IMG/VR virus record: IMGVR_UViG_3300031555_004710
Coordinates: 32,001 to 96,000 of that record
Length of the DNA stretch: 64,000 bases
Origin: a virus
Taxonomy: Duplodnaviria > Caudoviricetes
Direction: 5' to 3' (one strand)
Part shown: positions 9,615 to 20,359 of the stretch, piece by piece
Layout: each line of letters starts with the position of its first letter
Position numbering within the stretch: position 1 is the first letter of the stretch
Translations under genes and position numbers: made by a program
The notes under the pieces: generated by a model
What the model saw: only the letters and a program-made list of their open reading frames with translations
Told to the model about the DNA's origin: nothing
The model's database searches: none

Positions 9615-12600
9615 ATGGCTAGTTATGTTGAAGCTCCTCAGGCTATTGCTAAGCTTGACTGGAGTATGAGTTTCCAAAGAACTGGTAAATTCCCTATTGA
9701 CCGTTCTAGTATGTTTGAATCATACGCTGATGCAGTAAAATATGCTGCAGGCGATGCCACAAAACCTGATAAACGTGGTCTTTGTGGTACATCTTATGTT
9801 GGACAGGTTATTACTGTATTTGAAAATGATGTTGTAACCGTATATAAAATTGAACCTGATAGAACTCTTGCAGAAGTAGGTAGAGCTACAGCTGGTGATG
9901 GTAAATCCATATCATTATCTGAAGATGGAGTTTTAAGTATTAAAGGTTTTGAAAATGCTACTGCAGGTCAACAGCCTCGTATAGTGAATAAAGGTACTGC
10001 AGAAAAACCAGATTTACAGATTGAATGGTATACACCTGATACATCTACTGTTACAGGTCTTGCTGAAACAGTTGGTGCATTAACTGAAACTGTTAATGGT
10101 GTAACAGATAAAGAATCTGGAGAAGTAACTAAAGAAGGTCTTGTTCATAAAGTTAATGCTTTGGAAGCTAATAAAGCTAACAAAACTGATGTTTATACAA
10201 AGGGCGAGATCGATGGTAAATTAACAGGTGCTTTACATTATAAAGGTACTAAAGCTACATTCCAGACTTTATTAGATGAAATTGCTGCTGAAGGTAGCAC
10301 ATATGTACCTGCAGTTGGTGATGTATGGAATATCACATCAGTTGGTACTGGTGAGAATGACACTAACGTAGACGCTAGCGGTGTTTCAATCGAAGCTGGC
10401 GATAATGTTATATATAATGGTACTGGATGGGATGTATCATCTAGTGCTGTAGATCTTAGTGGATACTACAATAAAACTGAAATAACCGATCTTTTAGATG
10501 GTAATGAAGAAAAGGGTATCGCTGGTAAGGTTGATAAAGTTGAAGGTTCTAGTCTAATGACTACCGAGCAAGCTGAAAGACTTGCCGAAGTTACTAAGAC
10601 TGAAGCTTCTGAAATAAATGGTAATATTAAAATAGATGATCAAGAAACTACAGTTTATACACTTCCTACAGCATCTGGTGGTGTAAAAGGTGGTATTAAA
10701 ACTTCCACTGCTAATAATGGTATCTCAGTTGATGCTGATGGTGTTGCATCTGTAAATAAAGTTGATGCTTCAAAAATTGATGGAATTGTAGCGGAAGCTT
10801 CTAAAGTAACCAATAGTATTACTATCGGTGCTAAAACTTTCGATGGTTCTGCAGCTATTGAAATCAAAGCAGAAGATCTTCCTATTCCAGAGGATATTGT
10901 TAGAGATACAGATATAGCTACAGGTGATGCTTTAGGACTTGTAAAATCTTCTGAAGCTCAGGATAAAGTACTTGTAGAAGCTGATGGCACTATGACAGTT
11001 AATGATATTAGTGCTTCTAAAGTTACAGGAGTAGTTTCTGAAGCTGCTAAAGTAACTAACAAATTAACCGCTGGTCAGAAGACTTTTGATGGTTCTGCAG
11101 CTGTTGAAATCAAAGCAGAAGATCTTGGTGCTGCTAAAACTACAGATCTTGACAATTATGTTAAGAAGACAGACATTGCTACTGCTGCCGCTGCAGGTAT
11201 TGTAAAGAGCTCTACTGCAAAAGATAATATCGCAGTTGACGCTGACGGTGTAATGTCTATTAATACAATCTCTGGCTCTAAAGTAGATGGAGCTGTTGCA
11301 ACTGCTACAAATGCTGAAAAGCTTGGTGGAGTTGCTAGTGCAGATATTCTTGACGGAACTTCTGGTAAAGTTAAGAGTGCTGCAGCCGCTGATAAACTTG
11401 CTACAGCTAAGAACATTAATATCACTGGTGATGCTACAGGTACCGCATCATTTGATGGTTCTGCTGAAGCTAATATAAATGTAACTCTTAAAGAAGTTGG
11501 TACTGCTGGTACTTATACTAAAGTAACAACTGATGCTAATGGTAGAGTTACAGCTGGTGCAGATCTTGCTGCAACAGATATCCCTGATCTTACATTAGCT
11601 AAGATTACAGATGCTGGTGCACTCGCTGGTAAAGATGAAGTTGCAAAAACAGATCTTGCTGATGCTCTTGTAACTGAACTTAATGAACTTGGGACAAATT
11701 CGCATACACACGATAATAAAACAGTTCTAGATGGTATTTCATCTGCTAAAGTTACTAGCTGGGATGATGCTGCTAGTAAAATAGATAGTAAAGCTAATGC
11801 AGCAACTACTATTGCTGGATATGGAATCACAGATGCTTATACAAAAGCAGAAGTTGATGGTAAAGTTTCTGGCGCATATCATTTCATGGGTAGTTACGAA
11901 ACATTTGCTGCTCTTGAAGCTGCTGTAACTAATAAAGAGATAACTCCTCTTGCTGGTCACGTATATAATATTATAACCGCTGGTGGAACAGATAAAAATG
12001 GTAATGTAATTCATGCAGGTGATAATGTTGCGTATGTTGTAGAAACTGGAGAAGGAAAAACAAGTGGCTGGGATGTTCTTGGCGGAACTATGGATCTTTC
12101 TGCATATGCTACAACTGCAAAGGTTAATGATGAATTAAATAAAAAAGCTGATAAAACTACTGTAGAAGGAATAAGTGGTAAAGTTGATGCACTTGAATCT
12201 ACAGTTGGTGATGATAATAATGGATTAGTAAAAACCGTAGCTGATCATACAACAAGATTAGATGCAGACGAAAAAGATATTGCTGCTCTTAAAACTACAG
12301 TTGGTGACAAAGATTCCGGCTTAGTTCAAAAAGCTGCTGCTAATACAGCTGCAATCGAAACTCTTAATGGTGAAGCTACTAAAGAAGGTTCTGTAAAGAA
12401 CTTAATCGCTGCTTCTGCATCTGATATAAATGCAACTATTGAAGGTATTACTAAAGATGGTGGAACTATTGATACAAAAGTTTCTACTGCAATTAATACC
12501 CACAATACAGCTGAAGATGCACATAGCGATCTCTTCGCCGCTAAACAGAATAAAGCAATTCAAGCTTCTATCACATTCGAAGTTGCTGACTTCGTTGAAA

Positions 12601-12818
12601 GTGATAATGGTTATAAAGCAAGTAAAGCAGTTACTGGCTTAGATGTGGCTAAGGATTATGCTCCTGCTGTTAGTCCTACTTTAGCTTCATGTGCAACTGT
12701 TGCAGCTGCACAGTTCTATCCAACAGCAGAAGTTAATGCTGGACAGCTTACTCTGTACTGTGTAAATGCTCCTACTGCAGCGATTGTCGTAAATGGTACT
12801 TTTACTGAAATACAGTAA
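9615..12818 (+). CDS. Long tail fibre protein
   Basis: Repeated FDGSA, GIVKSS, AGTYTKVTTDANGRVTAG, YGITDAYTK and HNTAEDAH fibre motifs; coiled coils. Confidence 0.8.
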   Translation: MASYVEAPQAIAKLDWSMSFQRTGKFPIDRSSMFESYADAVKYAAGDATKPDKRGLCGTSYVGQVITVFENDVVTVYKIEPDRTLAEVGRATAGDGKSISLSEDGVLSIKGFENATAGQQPRIVNKGTAEKPDLQIEWYTPDTSTVTGLAETVGALTETVNGVTDKESGEVTKEGLVHKVNALEANKANKTDVYTKGEIDGKLTGALHYKGTKATFQTLLDEIAAEGSTYVPAVGDVWNITSVGTGENDTNVDASGVSIEAGDNVIYNGTGWDVSSSAVDLSGYYNKTEITDLLDGNEEKGIAGKVDKVEGSSLMTTEQAERLAEVTKTEASEINGNIKIDDQETTVYTLPTASGGVKGGIKTSTANNGISVDADGVASVNKVDASKIDGIVAEASKVTNSITIGAKTFDGSAAIEIKAEDLPIPEDIVRDTDIATGDALGLVKSSEAQDKVLVEADGTMTVNDISASKVTGVVSEAAKVTNKLTAGQKTFDGSAAVEIKAEDLGAAKTTDLDNYVKKTDIATAAAAGIVKSSTAKDNIAVDADGVMSINTISGSKVDGAVATATNAEKLGGVASADILDGTSGKVKSAAAADKLATAKNINITGDATGTASFDGSAEANINVTLKEVGTAGTYTKVTTDANGRVTAGADLAATDIPDLTLAKITDAGALAGKDEVAKTDLADALVTELNELGTNSHTHDNKTVLDGISSAKVTSWDDAASKIDSKANAATTIAGYGITDAYTKAEVDGKVSGAYHFMGSYETFAALEAAVTNKEITPLAGHVYNIITAGGTDKNGNVIHAGDNVAYVVETGEGKTSGWDVLGGTMDLSAYATTAKVNDELNKKADKTTVEGISGKVDALESTVGDDNNGLVKTVADHTTRLDADEKDIAALKTTVGDKDSGLVQKAAANTAAIETLNGEATKEGSVKNLIAASASDINATIEGITKDGGTIDTKVSTAINTHNTAEDAHSDLFAAKQNKAIQASITFEVADFVESDNGYKASKAVTGLDVAKDYAPAVSPTLASCATVAAAQFYPTAEVNAGQLTLYCVNAPTAAIVVNGTFTEIQ

Positions 12819-12864
12819 TAGATCATAGAACGATGAAATATATCAGTAAAGGAGTTGTTAGTAC

Positions 12865-13365
12865 ATGGGAAAAGTATCCGGGAGTTTTTCGCTCCCAACA
12901 GCTCAGCGTACAAGTCAACTCATTAATGATACCAGATTTTCATCGATTCGGGAATATGTCCTGAACTCATCTACTCTAGCTGATTCTTCTCAGTTAGATA
13001 TATCTGATCTATTATCTGGTTCAGTTATATATCGTATTGACTTAATCGTTCTGAGTGCTTTTAGTGATGCAAGTGGTAGACAACATGATATCGAAATCAC
13101 TTGCGATAATGGAGGAGTTTTAATGGAAAGTGAATGGAATGACCCTAATAATATAGGTAGCTATTCAACTAATTGCTATGCAAGTATTAGAACTCCAGAA
13201 GATCTTGTACATGTTAACCATACTCTTGGTAATATAATGTCAGGATCTGCAATTCTAAGATTTTATGTATATAATAATATCGATACATATACCAAATTAC
13301 TTACCTCAGATGGTTTATACTATCACACAAAAGATAATATTGGTGTAGATGTAGTTGATAAATAA
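12865..13365 (+). CDS. Hypothetical tail-associated protein
   Basis: ORF with AAAGGAG RBS; shares the N-terminal GSFSLP motif with 8396-9592. Confidence 0.55.
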   Translation: MGKVSGSFSLPTAQRTSQLINDTRFSSIREYVLNSSTLADSSQLDISDLLSGSVIYRIDLIVLSAFSDASGRQHDIEITCDNGGVLMESEWNDPNNIGSYSTNCYASIRTPEDLVHVNHTLGNIMSGSAILRFYVYNNIDTYTKLLTSDGLYYHTKDNIGVDVVDK

Positions 13366-13369
13366 ATAG

Positions 13370-13406
13370 ATTTAATAACCTTGGGAATTTCCCAAGGTTA
13401 TTAAAT
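13370..13406. terminator. 18-bp-arm palindromic terminator
   Basis: ATTTAATAACCTTGGGAA-T-TTCCCAAGGTTATTAAAT. Confidence 0.75.
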
Positions 13407-13463
13407 TTAACAATTTTTTAATAGTCTTATATAATAATCAATAATTGTAAAGGATGGAAAAAT

Positions 13464-15746
13464 ATGAGTTATTTATTAAAAAATGAAATGATACCATATT
13501 ATATCGATAATGAGATTTCTCTTAATGATGGATCACTTTCTAAAGTCACCATTGATGGGGTTACTCATTTAGAAATAGCTACTTATCCTGCACAAGGAAA
13601 ATATGATAGTGAAATTATAATAGGTTTTGCACAAAGACCTTTCATTGACTTTGCAATCTCATGTGGACTTGCTGGAGCAATGAGCGAAGGAATGATTGTT
13701 GCAAAGTATGGCGACCAAGTTCCTGTCAAATTAGCATCTGCATTAGCAGCAGATTTTTCTAGAGAATATAATAACTATGTAGTTATTCCCGATGGAATAT
13801 CAGCTGCCATTACTGCAGAGCCTATTATTTCTATTTACGATATAATGAATAAAAATAGAAATGATGGTGGTATAGTATTAAATGATCCAAAAAATAATTT
13901 TGCATATAGTGCATATACTACAGCATCTGGTCAAAGAACAGTAGCTGGACTGTTGGGTTATTATTATTCATCTATAGAATTTGGAAAAGCAATAGGTTCT
14001 AAATTTGAAAATGGGGAATTAATGACACTTTACGGTCCTTGTACTATAACACTTTCAAAAAATCAAGAAAATTTATTTAATAATATTGAGCCTGAAACGT
14101 TTGATGTTTCCTATGCTATTGGAGATGTTATATCAATTGTCAATAACACGAAATATCCAAATTGTGGAGTTATAACAGGTATATCAAATAACAAAATAAC
14201 TGTAGACAATCTTCCGTTTGCTACAATAGTCCCAAATACAGATTTATATGAAGAACTTGATTTAGATGATTATACTATATATGTAATTGAAAAACCTCAG
14301 AGTGGAGAAGTTTCATTAGGTTATGGGGCACATTCTGAAGGCGAAGGTACTCATGCTTTAGAAAGAGCTTCACATTCAGAAGGTAGAGATACACTTGCCT
14401 ATGGTCGCTATAGTCATGCAGAAGGTAGAGAAACAAAGGCGTTTCATGCATCTCACTCTGAAGGACAAGGTACAACAGCATCAGGTCAAAACTCACACTC
14501 TGAAGGTAGAGATACAGTAGCTTCTGGAAAACATTCTCATTCAGAAGGTTATGCTACTATTTCTTCTAATTATGCTACTCATGCAGAAGGTAGTGAAACT
14601 GAGGCAGTAGGTGCTTATTCACACTCTGAAGGTTATCAGACTCACTCAACAAATAATTCAAGTCATGCAGAGGGTAGAAGTACTGAAGCGATTGGGTTCG
14701 CTTCTCACTCTGAAGGGCAAAATACGAAAGCAGAAGGTAATAGCTCTCATGCAGAAGGCAATGGAACGAAATCAATAGGACAGAGTTCGCATGCAGAAGG
14801 CAATGGCACAGAAGCAGCTGGTGATTATTCTCATTCTGAAGGGTATCAAACAACTGCATCTGGTAATTATTCGCATGCGGAAGGTACTGGTACAGAATCT
14901 TATGGTTCAGAATCTCATGCAGAAGGCCGCGGTTCTAGATCGATAGGACAGAGTTCGCATGCAGAAGGAAATGGAACGAAAGCAGCAGGTAATAGCTCTC
15001 ATGCAGAAGGCAATGGCACAGAAGCAGCTGGTGATCATTCTCATTCTGAAGGGTATCAAACAACTGCATCTGGTAATCATTCTCATTCTGAAGGGTATAA
15101 AAATGTTTCTTCTAATTACGCATCTCACTCCGAAGGTTCTAATACAACTGCATCTGGAGCGTATTCGCATGCGGAAGGAACACTTACAGAAGCATCTGGA
15201 TCAGAATCTCATGCAGAAGGCCGTGGTTCTAAATCAATAGGACAGAGTTCTCACTCTGAAGGATATCAAACAACTGCATCTGGTAAATATAGTCATTCGG
15301 AAGGGGCAAATACAACCTCTTCTAATTTTGGATCTCACTCCGAAGGTTCTGGTACAACTGCATCTGGTAATTATTCGCATGCGGAAGGAACACTTACAGA
15401 AGCATCCGGATCAGAATCTCATGCAGAAGGCCGTGGCTCTAAATCAATAGGACAGAGTTCTCATGCAGAAGGTACTAGTACAATAGCATCAGGTAAAAAT
15501 CAACATGCTCAAGGTAAATTTAACATTGAAGATACCGAACATAAATATGCGCATATAGTTGGTAACGGTAAATCGGATACTGAACGCTCAAATGCACATA
15601 CTGTAGACTGGAACGGTAATGCATGGTATGCTGGACACGTCGAAGCCGATTTCATAATACTGAAATCTTCTACAGAAGGAAGTAATAAACGTTTTAAAAT
15701 AACAGTCGATGATGGCGGAACTATTTCTGCTACAGAAATTAATTAA
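13464..15746 (+). CDS. Tail fibre/adhesin with YadA-head-like 14-aa SH(A/S)EG repeats
   Basis: Roughly 28 tandem SHAEG/SHSEG repeats ending in HIVGNG…RSNAHTVDWNGNAW; late promoter 13409-13420. Confidence 0.85.
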   Translation: MSYLLKNEMIPYYIDNEISLNDGSLSKVTIDGVTHLEIATYPAQGKYDSEIIIGFAQRPFIDFAISCGLAGAMSEGMIVAKYGDQVPVKLASALAADFSREYNNYVVIPDGISAAITAEPIISIYDIMNKNRNDGGIVLNDPKNNFAYSAYTTASGQRTVAGLLGYYYSSIEFGKAIGSKFENGELMTLYGPCTITLSKNQENLFNNIEPETFDVSYAIGDVISIVNNTKYPNCGVITGISNNKITVDNLPFATIVPNTDLYEELDLDDYTIYVIEKPQSGEVSLGYGAHSEGEGTHALERASHSEGRDTLAYGRYSHAEGRETKAFHASHSEGQGTTASGQNSHSEGRDTVASGKHSHSEGYATISSNYATHAEGSETEAVGAYSHSEGYQTHSTNNSSHAEGRSTEAIGFASHSEGQNTKAEGNSSHAEGNGTKSIGQSSHAEGNGTEAAGDYSHSEGYQTTASGNYSHAEGTGTESYGSESHAEGRGSRSIGQSSHAEGNGTKAAGNSSHAEGNGTEAAGDHSHSEGYQTTASGNHSHSEGYKNVSSNYASHSEGSNTTASGAYSHAEGTLTEASGSESHAEGRGSKSIGQSSHSEGYQTTASGKYSHSEGANTTSSNFGSHSEGSGTTASGNYSHAEGTLTEASGSESHAEGRGSKSIGQSSHAEGTSTIASGKNQHAQGKFNIEDTEHKYAHIVGNGKSDTERSNAHTVDWNGNAWYAGHVEADFIILKSSTEGSNKRFKITVDDGGTISATEIN
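14325..15515 (+). repeat. 42-bp tandem coding repeats with higher-order duplications
   Basis: Near-identical blocks, e.g. 15163-15252 versus 15373-15462 (210-bp period). Confidence 0.85.
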
Positions 15747-15849
15747 AGTATTTTAAAGATAGAGAGTTATTATACTCTCTATCTTTTATATATTAAATTT
15801 AACATTTCTTTAATAAGTTATCTTTAATCTTAATAAGGAGGAATTTAGT

Positions 15850-17166
15850 ATGTCAGAAATAATAAATGTTGCCGGTATACATAATGAGGGAAAAGCTGAA
15901 CTCTTCGTTGGTATTAGAAAAAATATGTTTGTAATAAAACGAGAAAATAATACCGATACCGTATATGTAGAAGATCCTATCACTGGCAAAATATTAACAA
16001 TAAATGGTAAAGATATGTATACAAAAGACGAGATAGACTTAATGATATCAAAAATAGATCCGAATGGCACTAGTTTAATTTATTCAAATGTACCATATAG
16101 TACGATATCTGGAATTGATGAAAAAAGATATATAATTAAAGCATTTCATCCTATTTCATATAATGATGGTAAGATATATTTAGATAGTGTGACTGACATA
16201 TGTAAAGGTCAAAATATAAATATATTTACAATAGCGGATGATGGTTCATATGAAAAATATCGAGGTAGTATCGATGATGTTGGTGACTCATATATAGTAA
16301 CAAATTCATCCCAAATTAATAGTCTGATGAGTACTTTACAATTTCCTATCACAAATATATCATTGGAAAATAATATTATAATAAATGGTGGAACCATAGG
16401 TAGTTTCGAAATACAGTTCGAAAATAACGCCCCGTTTTTTGTAAATATTACTGGAATAAATAATGAAGCTGGATTGAATGCGTCTGCAAATGGTATAGGA
16501 ACGAAAGCCCTAGGGTATTGCTCATCTACAGATGGATATCATACCACTGCACAACATGAAAGAGATAGAGCAATCGGCTATAAAACAAAAGCTGCTGCTA
16601 ATGAAGGATTGGCTACAGGATGTGCAACCGAAGCATATGGATATGCATCAGCTACCTTTAATAGTCATACAAAAACTTTAAAGGATAATACAGTTGCAAT
16701 GGGATATCATACAACTGCAGATTGCAGAGAGCAATTATCAATCGGAAGATATAATAAACCAGAAACCGATAAATTATTTGTAATTGGTATTGGTACAAGT
16801 GATACTAATAGAAAGAATGCACTGACAGTTAAAGAAAATGGTGAACTTTGGGTAAGTAAAGGCATCTCTATTGGTTCCGGAAATTACTCTCCAACTATCG
16901 ACTATGGAAAGCGTAATCCAGTATGGTTAAAGTATGTAAGCATGATTGGAGCTGGGTTTGTAACAATAACTGATTATGCGTCCGATACTATTACTGGGTT
17001 AAATAAATTTACCGAGCAATTAGATGAAATGCCAGTTTGTTCTATCAAAGTAAACGTAAAATCTAATGCAGCTGTTACACAAATATTAGATAATGGTATA
17101 ATTAGATTAAAACGAGTTGGATGGGGAAATAATGATTCTAATTGGGGGCAGTGGGAAGAAATATAA
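15850..17166 (+). CDS. Second YadA-head-like fibre/adhesin
   Basis: Degenerate 14-aa repeats, LFVIGIGTSDTNRKNALTV, WGQWEEI end; late promoter 15801-15812. Confidence 0.7.
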   Translation: MSEIINVAGIHNEGKAELFVGIRKNMFVIKRENNTDTVYVEDPITGKILTINGKDMYTKDEIDLMISKIDPNGTSLIYSNVPYSTISGIDEKRYIIKAFHPISYNDGKIYLDSVTDICKGQNINIFTIADDGSYEKYRGSIDDVGDSYIVTNSSQINSLMSTLQFPITNISLENNIIINGGTIGSFEIQFENNAPFFVNITGINNEAGLNASANGIGTKALGYCSSTDGYHTTAQHERDRAIGYKTKAAANEGLATGCATEAYGYASATFNSHTKTLKDNTVAMGYHTTADCREQLSIGRYNKPETDKLFVIGIGTSDTNRKNALTVKENGELWVSKGISIGSGNYSPTIDYGKRNPVWLKYVSMIGAGFVTITDYASDTITGLNKFTEQLDEMPVCSIKVNVKSNAAVTQILDNGIIRLKRVGWGNNDSNWGQWEEI

Positions 17167-17174
17167 TAAATATA

Positions 17175-17212
17175 AAAAAGAGAAGACGGATAATCGTCTT
17201 CTCTTTATTTTT
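17175..17212. terminator. Bidirectional terminator
   Basis: AAAGAGAAGACG/CGTCTTCTCTTT between convergent genes. Confidence 0.8.
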
Positions 17213-19889
17213 ATTCAGAATCAAGTTCTTCATCATATAAATCATCTATATCGCTATCTTCGATTTCATCCTCTTCTTTTTGCTGTAATAAAAGAAGCTC
17301 TTGCTGTCGTAGAAGTTCCTCTTTCTCAGCTTTTGATTTACGTCCTCTCTTCTTAGGTGCGGTATTTGAGGAGTCTGAAGAAGTTATAGTTCGTGTAGAA
17401 GGAGTTTTAAGTTTATCTATGATGGATGATACATGTCCTTTAGTTGTTGCTTTTAACTGCTCTTTCAATTCATCAGTAAGTTCATATTGTTTATTTAACT
17501 CGGAATCATTGAAAATTTCATCCCAGCACATATCACATTTTTCGCCACGATATGATTCAATTGTAATAAAAGAATTCATCTTCTTATTAAATAAATCAAA
17601 TAACTCTTGATACATTTTTCTATTTCTAGGATAGTCATAAATAACATATTCTCCAAAATGTAGTGCACAGACTTTTGTGTCATCATGAATTTCAACTCTT
17701 CCTTCTGGAATAGGAGAGAAATACAAACGTAATCCCATAGTCTTTAACTTGGCTGCAAGAATATCAGCATTTGCATTTGTGTAAGTATCTTTTACTTTAA
17801 GTTTTTGAATCTTTAAAGGATTTCCATCGGCAGAAATAATTCTATCCAATGATTTTCTTCCTAAAGCAGAAGAACGCATAAATATGTTATATTCAGCTAA
17901 ATCCGAACCATTTATAGATGCCATTAAATTATAGATTTCAGAAAGTCTTACAGGAGTTCTAGCATAAGAACTTCTATTAGTTTTCTTCGCAATATCTTTT
18001 GCAGGAAGATTACTTCTATTTACTCTGAATGTACTTCTTGCAGAAAAGTTCTTATTTGAATTCTGTTTAAGAATTAAGATATACTGATAACCTATAACAC
18101 CTTGTCTCATAGTTTTTCTCTGTTGCATTCCGAATAAATCAACATATATATCTACAGGTTTTATATCTGGAAATGCATCATATAATCTAACTACATCATC
18201 AAATAATAACGGTTTATGAGGTGCTCTTACAATATAAAAACCATTTTCTTCAATATCTCTAATGAATGCTTCTTTATATTTTGGAGCCATGAATCTTATA
18301 GTTACACCATTAACCATCTTAGTTTCTTCATAACTATTGTAAAGAGTTTTAAAGAATGATGATTGGTCAGCATTTACACAATCTAAGAACTTAAATAGAA
18401 TTTCTTCTTTCTGTTTAAGAGTTTTAGCATTCTTAATCTTATGCTGAACCTGTTCAGCAATAAAATTTGTTTCAACTTCTACTAACTGTCCTGGATTAAG
18501 ACGACGAATTGCTCCACTAGAATTGGATAATACATCTGCATATACTCTTTTTCCATCTTGAATATAGTATGGCATACGTTCATCATCAACTATTGATATT
18601 TTAGATTTAAGAATTCTTCTATCATCTTCAGATAAAGTTCCATCATCTACCAAATCAATAATAGAATCTTCCAGAGAATTTGTATTATCTTCCATTAGTC
18701 TAGATATAACACCTTTATTACCATAACGTCCAGTTATCTTAGAACCTAATTCCAAACCAACGATAGATTTTACCTTAAATTCAAGTACAATATGTGCAAA
18801 TGCTTTATCTTTATTTTTCCATTTATACTCATTATCATTGTATCTTAAATATCTTGATCTAAGATAGCTAACATTGTTAGTATAATTACTTCCAGAGTTT
18901 TTAATGATATTACATGCTTCTAAAATTTCCCTTGCATATCTACAATTATCATCATAATATCTTTTAAGCTGACGATTAAATAAATTGCTTGGAAATTCTT
19001 CATCTCCATTATAATAAACATTTATGTCATAGACTATAGAATCTTTGGATGTGTAATAATCGGTATCAGTATCCATAAGTTCTCTCATATGTTCTTTCTG
19101 AAAATCATATAATAAATGTGCTTTATTAATTCTTCTAGTTGCACATATAAGTGAATCTTTTACTGGTTGCCCTATTTCGGGAAAAGGAATATAATTTTCA
19201 TTATCACCATAAAGATTTAATAAAACATCATTATCATTTACTGGTACTTGAACTTTATCTACTTCGACAGATTTTACATCATCTGCCCAACCTTTTCTTA
19301 TAACGATAGCATCTTCTATCGTATCAGTAGATGTTGAGTAAAATACTCTGGCATTCTTTCCATATCTATAATTCATATGGTCATCATATGCTGTAGATTT
19401 ATAAAGAATTTTATCGGTTATTTTATCACCAACTTCTAACGTATCCATATAAGAAGTATTATAAACATAACCAAATTTTTCGGTAAGATTTTCAGCAATT
19501 GGTTTTTCGATTATATCATAAGTATCAGTTTTCTTATTATATAATACTAAAGTATAAATCTGATGTTTTATTGTATTTGGGTCACTTAACATTTCATCAG
19601 TGAAACTAAATTTTGGAATGATTTGTTTAACTTCCCAAGTACCCTCAAGTTTCTTGAATGAGCGATTGTATTTACCAACAGAATTTTCAAACCCTGTTTG
19701 TAGATGTGGTACATCTGGAGATAATAAGGTCAATGATTGTTTTATATGCTGATTCCACATATATGCTCTACTAGAGTCGATAGTTGACCATGTTAATGAT
19801 GATGGTCCGAATAAACGAAACATCTCATCTCCACCATATTTATTATCTAATTCTTCTAATGTGTTCTTTAAATGTATATCAACAGGCAT
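17211..19889 (-). CDS. Non-virion multisubunit RNA polymerase beta subunit, C-terminal part (phiKZ gp71-73-like)
   Basis: SSRAYM..QHIKQ, EDAIVI, GSKITGRYGNKGVIS, DVLSNSSGAIRRLNPGQLVE; virion versus non-virion assignment inferred from split pattern and size. Confidence 0.85.
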   Translation of the reverse strand: MPVDIHLKNTLEELDNKYGGDEMFRLFGPSSLTWSTIDSSRAYMWNQHIKQSLTLLSPDVPHLQTGFENSVGKYNRSFKKLEGTWEVKQIIPKFSFTDEMLSDPNTIKHQIYTLVLYNKKTDTYDIIEKPIAENLTEKFGYVYNTSYMDTLEVGDKITDKILYKSTAYDDHMNYRYGKNARVFYSTSTDTIEDAIVIRKGWADDVKSVEVDKVQVPVNDNDVLLNLYGDNENYIPFPEIGQPVKDSLICATRRINKAHLLYDFQKEHMRELMDTDTDYYTSKDSIVYDINVYYNGDEEFPSNLFNRQLKRYYDDNCRYAREILEACNIIKNSGSNYTNNVSYLRSRYLRYNDNEYKWKNKDKAFAHIVLEFKVKSIVGLELGSKITGRYGNKGVISRLMEDNTNSLEDSIIDLVDDGTLSEDDRRILKSKISIVDDERMPYYIQDGKRVYADVLSNSSGAIRRLNPGQLVEVETNFIAEQVQHKIKNAKTLKQKEEILFKFLDCVNADQSSFFKTLYNSYEETKMVNGVTIRFMAPKYKEAFIRDIEENGFYIVRAPHKPLLFDDVVRLYDAFPDIKPVDIYVDLFGMQQRKTMRQGVIGYQYILILKQNSNKNFSARSTFRVNRSNLPAKDIAKKTNRSSYARTPVRLSEIYNLMASINGSDLAEYNIFMRSSALGRKSLDRIISADGNPLKIQKLKVKDTYTNANADILAAKLKTMGLRLYFSPIPEGRVEIHDDTKVCALHFGEYVIYDYPRNRKMYQELFDLFNKKMNSFITIESYRGEKCDMCWDEIFNDSELNKQYELTDELKEQLKATTKGHVSSIIDKLKTPSTRTITSSDSSNTAPKKRGRKSKAEKEELLRQQELLLLQQKEEDEIEDSDIDDLYDEELDSE

Positions 19890-19907
19890 GTGTATTCTCC
19901 TCCTTTA

Positions 19908-20099
19908 TTATGAATTAATAATACCGAAAAATATTCCGATAAGTATACTAAGTATTATTGAACCCCAAACATGGATTTTACTATATAACAATAATAAATA
20001 TATTAGTATTGTAGATAGAGCTTCAATTATCATAAATGAAATAATTGCTGATATTACAAAAGCTAATATACTACGCAATATTCGAGTTAATCTTTTCAT
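19908..20099 (-). CDS. Small 2-TM membrane protein
   Basis: ATG 20099 behind GAGGAG; two hydrophobic stretches. Confidence 0.65.
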   Translation of the reverse strand: MKRLTRILRSILAFVISAIISFMIIEALSTILIYLLLLYSKIHVWGSIILSILIGIFFGIINS

Positions 20100-20112
20100 A
20101 TTATACTCTCCT

Positions 20113-20286
20113 CTACTTACTAGCAATAAAAATACTAACTGCTGTTAATATTCCTAAGAATCCAATTAACGGCAGTTTTATTTTATTAATAAGCGGTAGC
20201 ATAAGCATTCCAATATAATAAGAAATCCAATATATTGCTACACACATTATAATTAATAATATAAGCTTTATTATGGGTTTTATCAT
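20113..20286 (-). CDS. Small 2-TM membrane protein (57 aa, below track cutoff)
   Basis: GGAGG RBS; MIKPIIKLILLIIMCVAIYW…FIASK*. Confidence 0.65.
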   Translation of the reverse strand: MIKPIIKLILLIIMCVAIYWISYYIGMLMLPLINKIKLPLIGFLGILTAVSIFIASK

Positions 20287-20311
20287 TATTAAAATCCTCC
20301 ATTAAATATTA

Positions 20312-20355
20312 ATTATATCTATCGAAGTGATTTAAATCACTTCGATAGATATAAT
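20312..20355. terminator. Perfect 44-bp palindrome after the recA-like gene
   Basis: ATTATATCTATCGAAGTGATTT|AAATCACTTCGATAGATATAAT. Confidence 0.75.
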
Positions 20356-20359
20356 ATTT

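Noticed and set aside
14325-15515. CRISPR-like or DGR-like periodic repeats
   Set aside because: In-frame 42-bp coding repeats with no unique spacers; no reverse transcriptase or adenine-specific TR/VR pair seen
17211-19889. Introns or inteins in RNAP genes, as in AR9
   Set aside because: The RNAP ORFs are uninterrupted, with no recognisable intein or homing-endonuclease motifs
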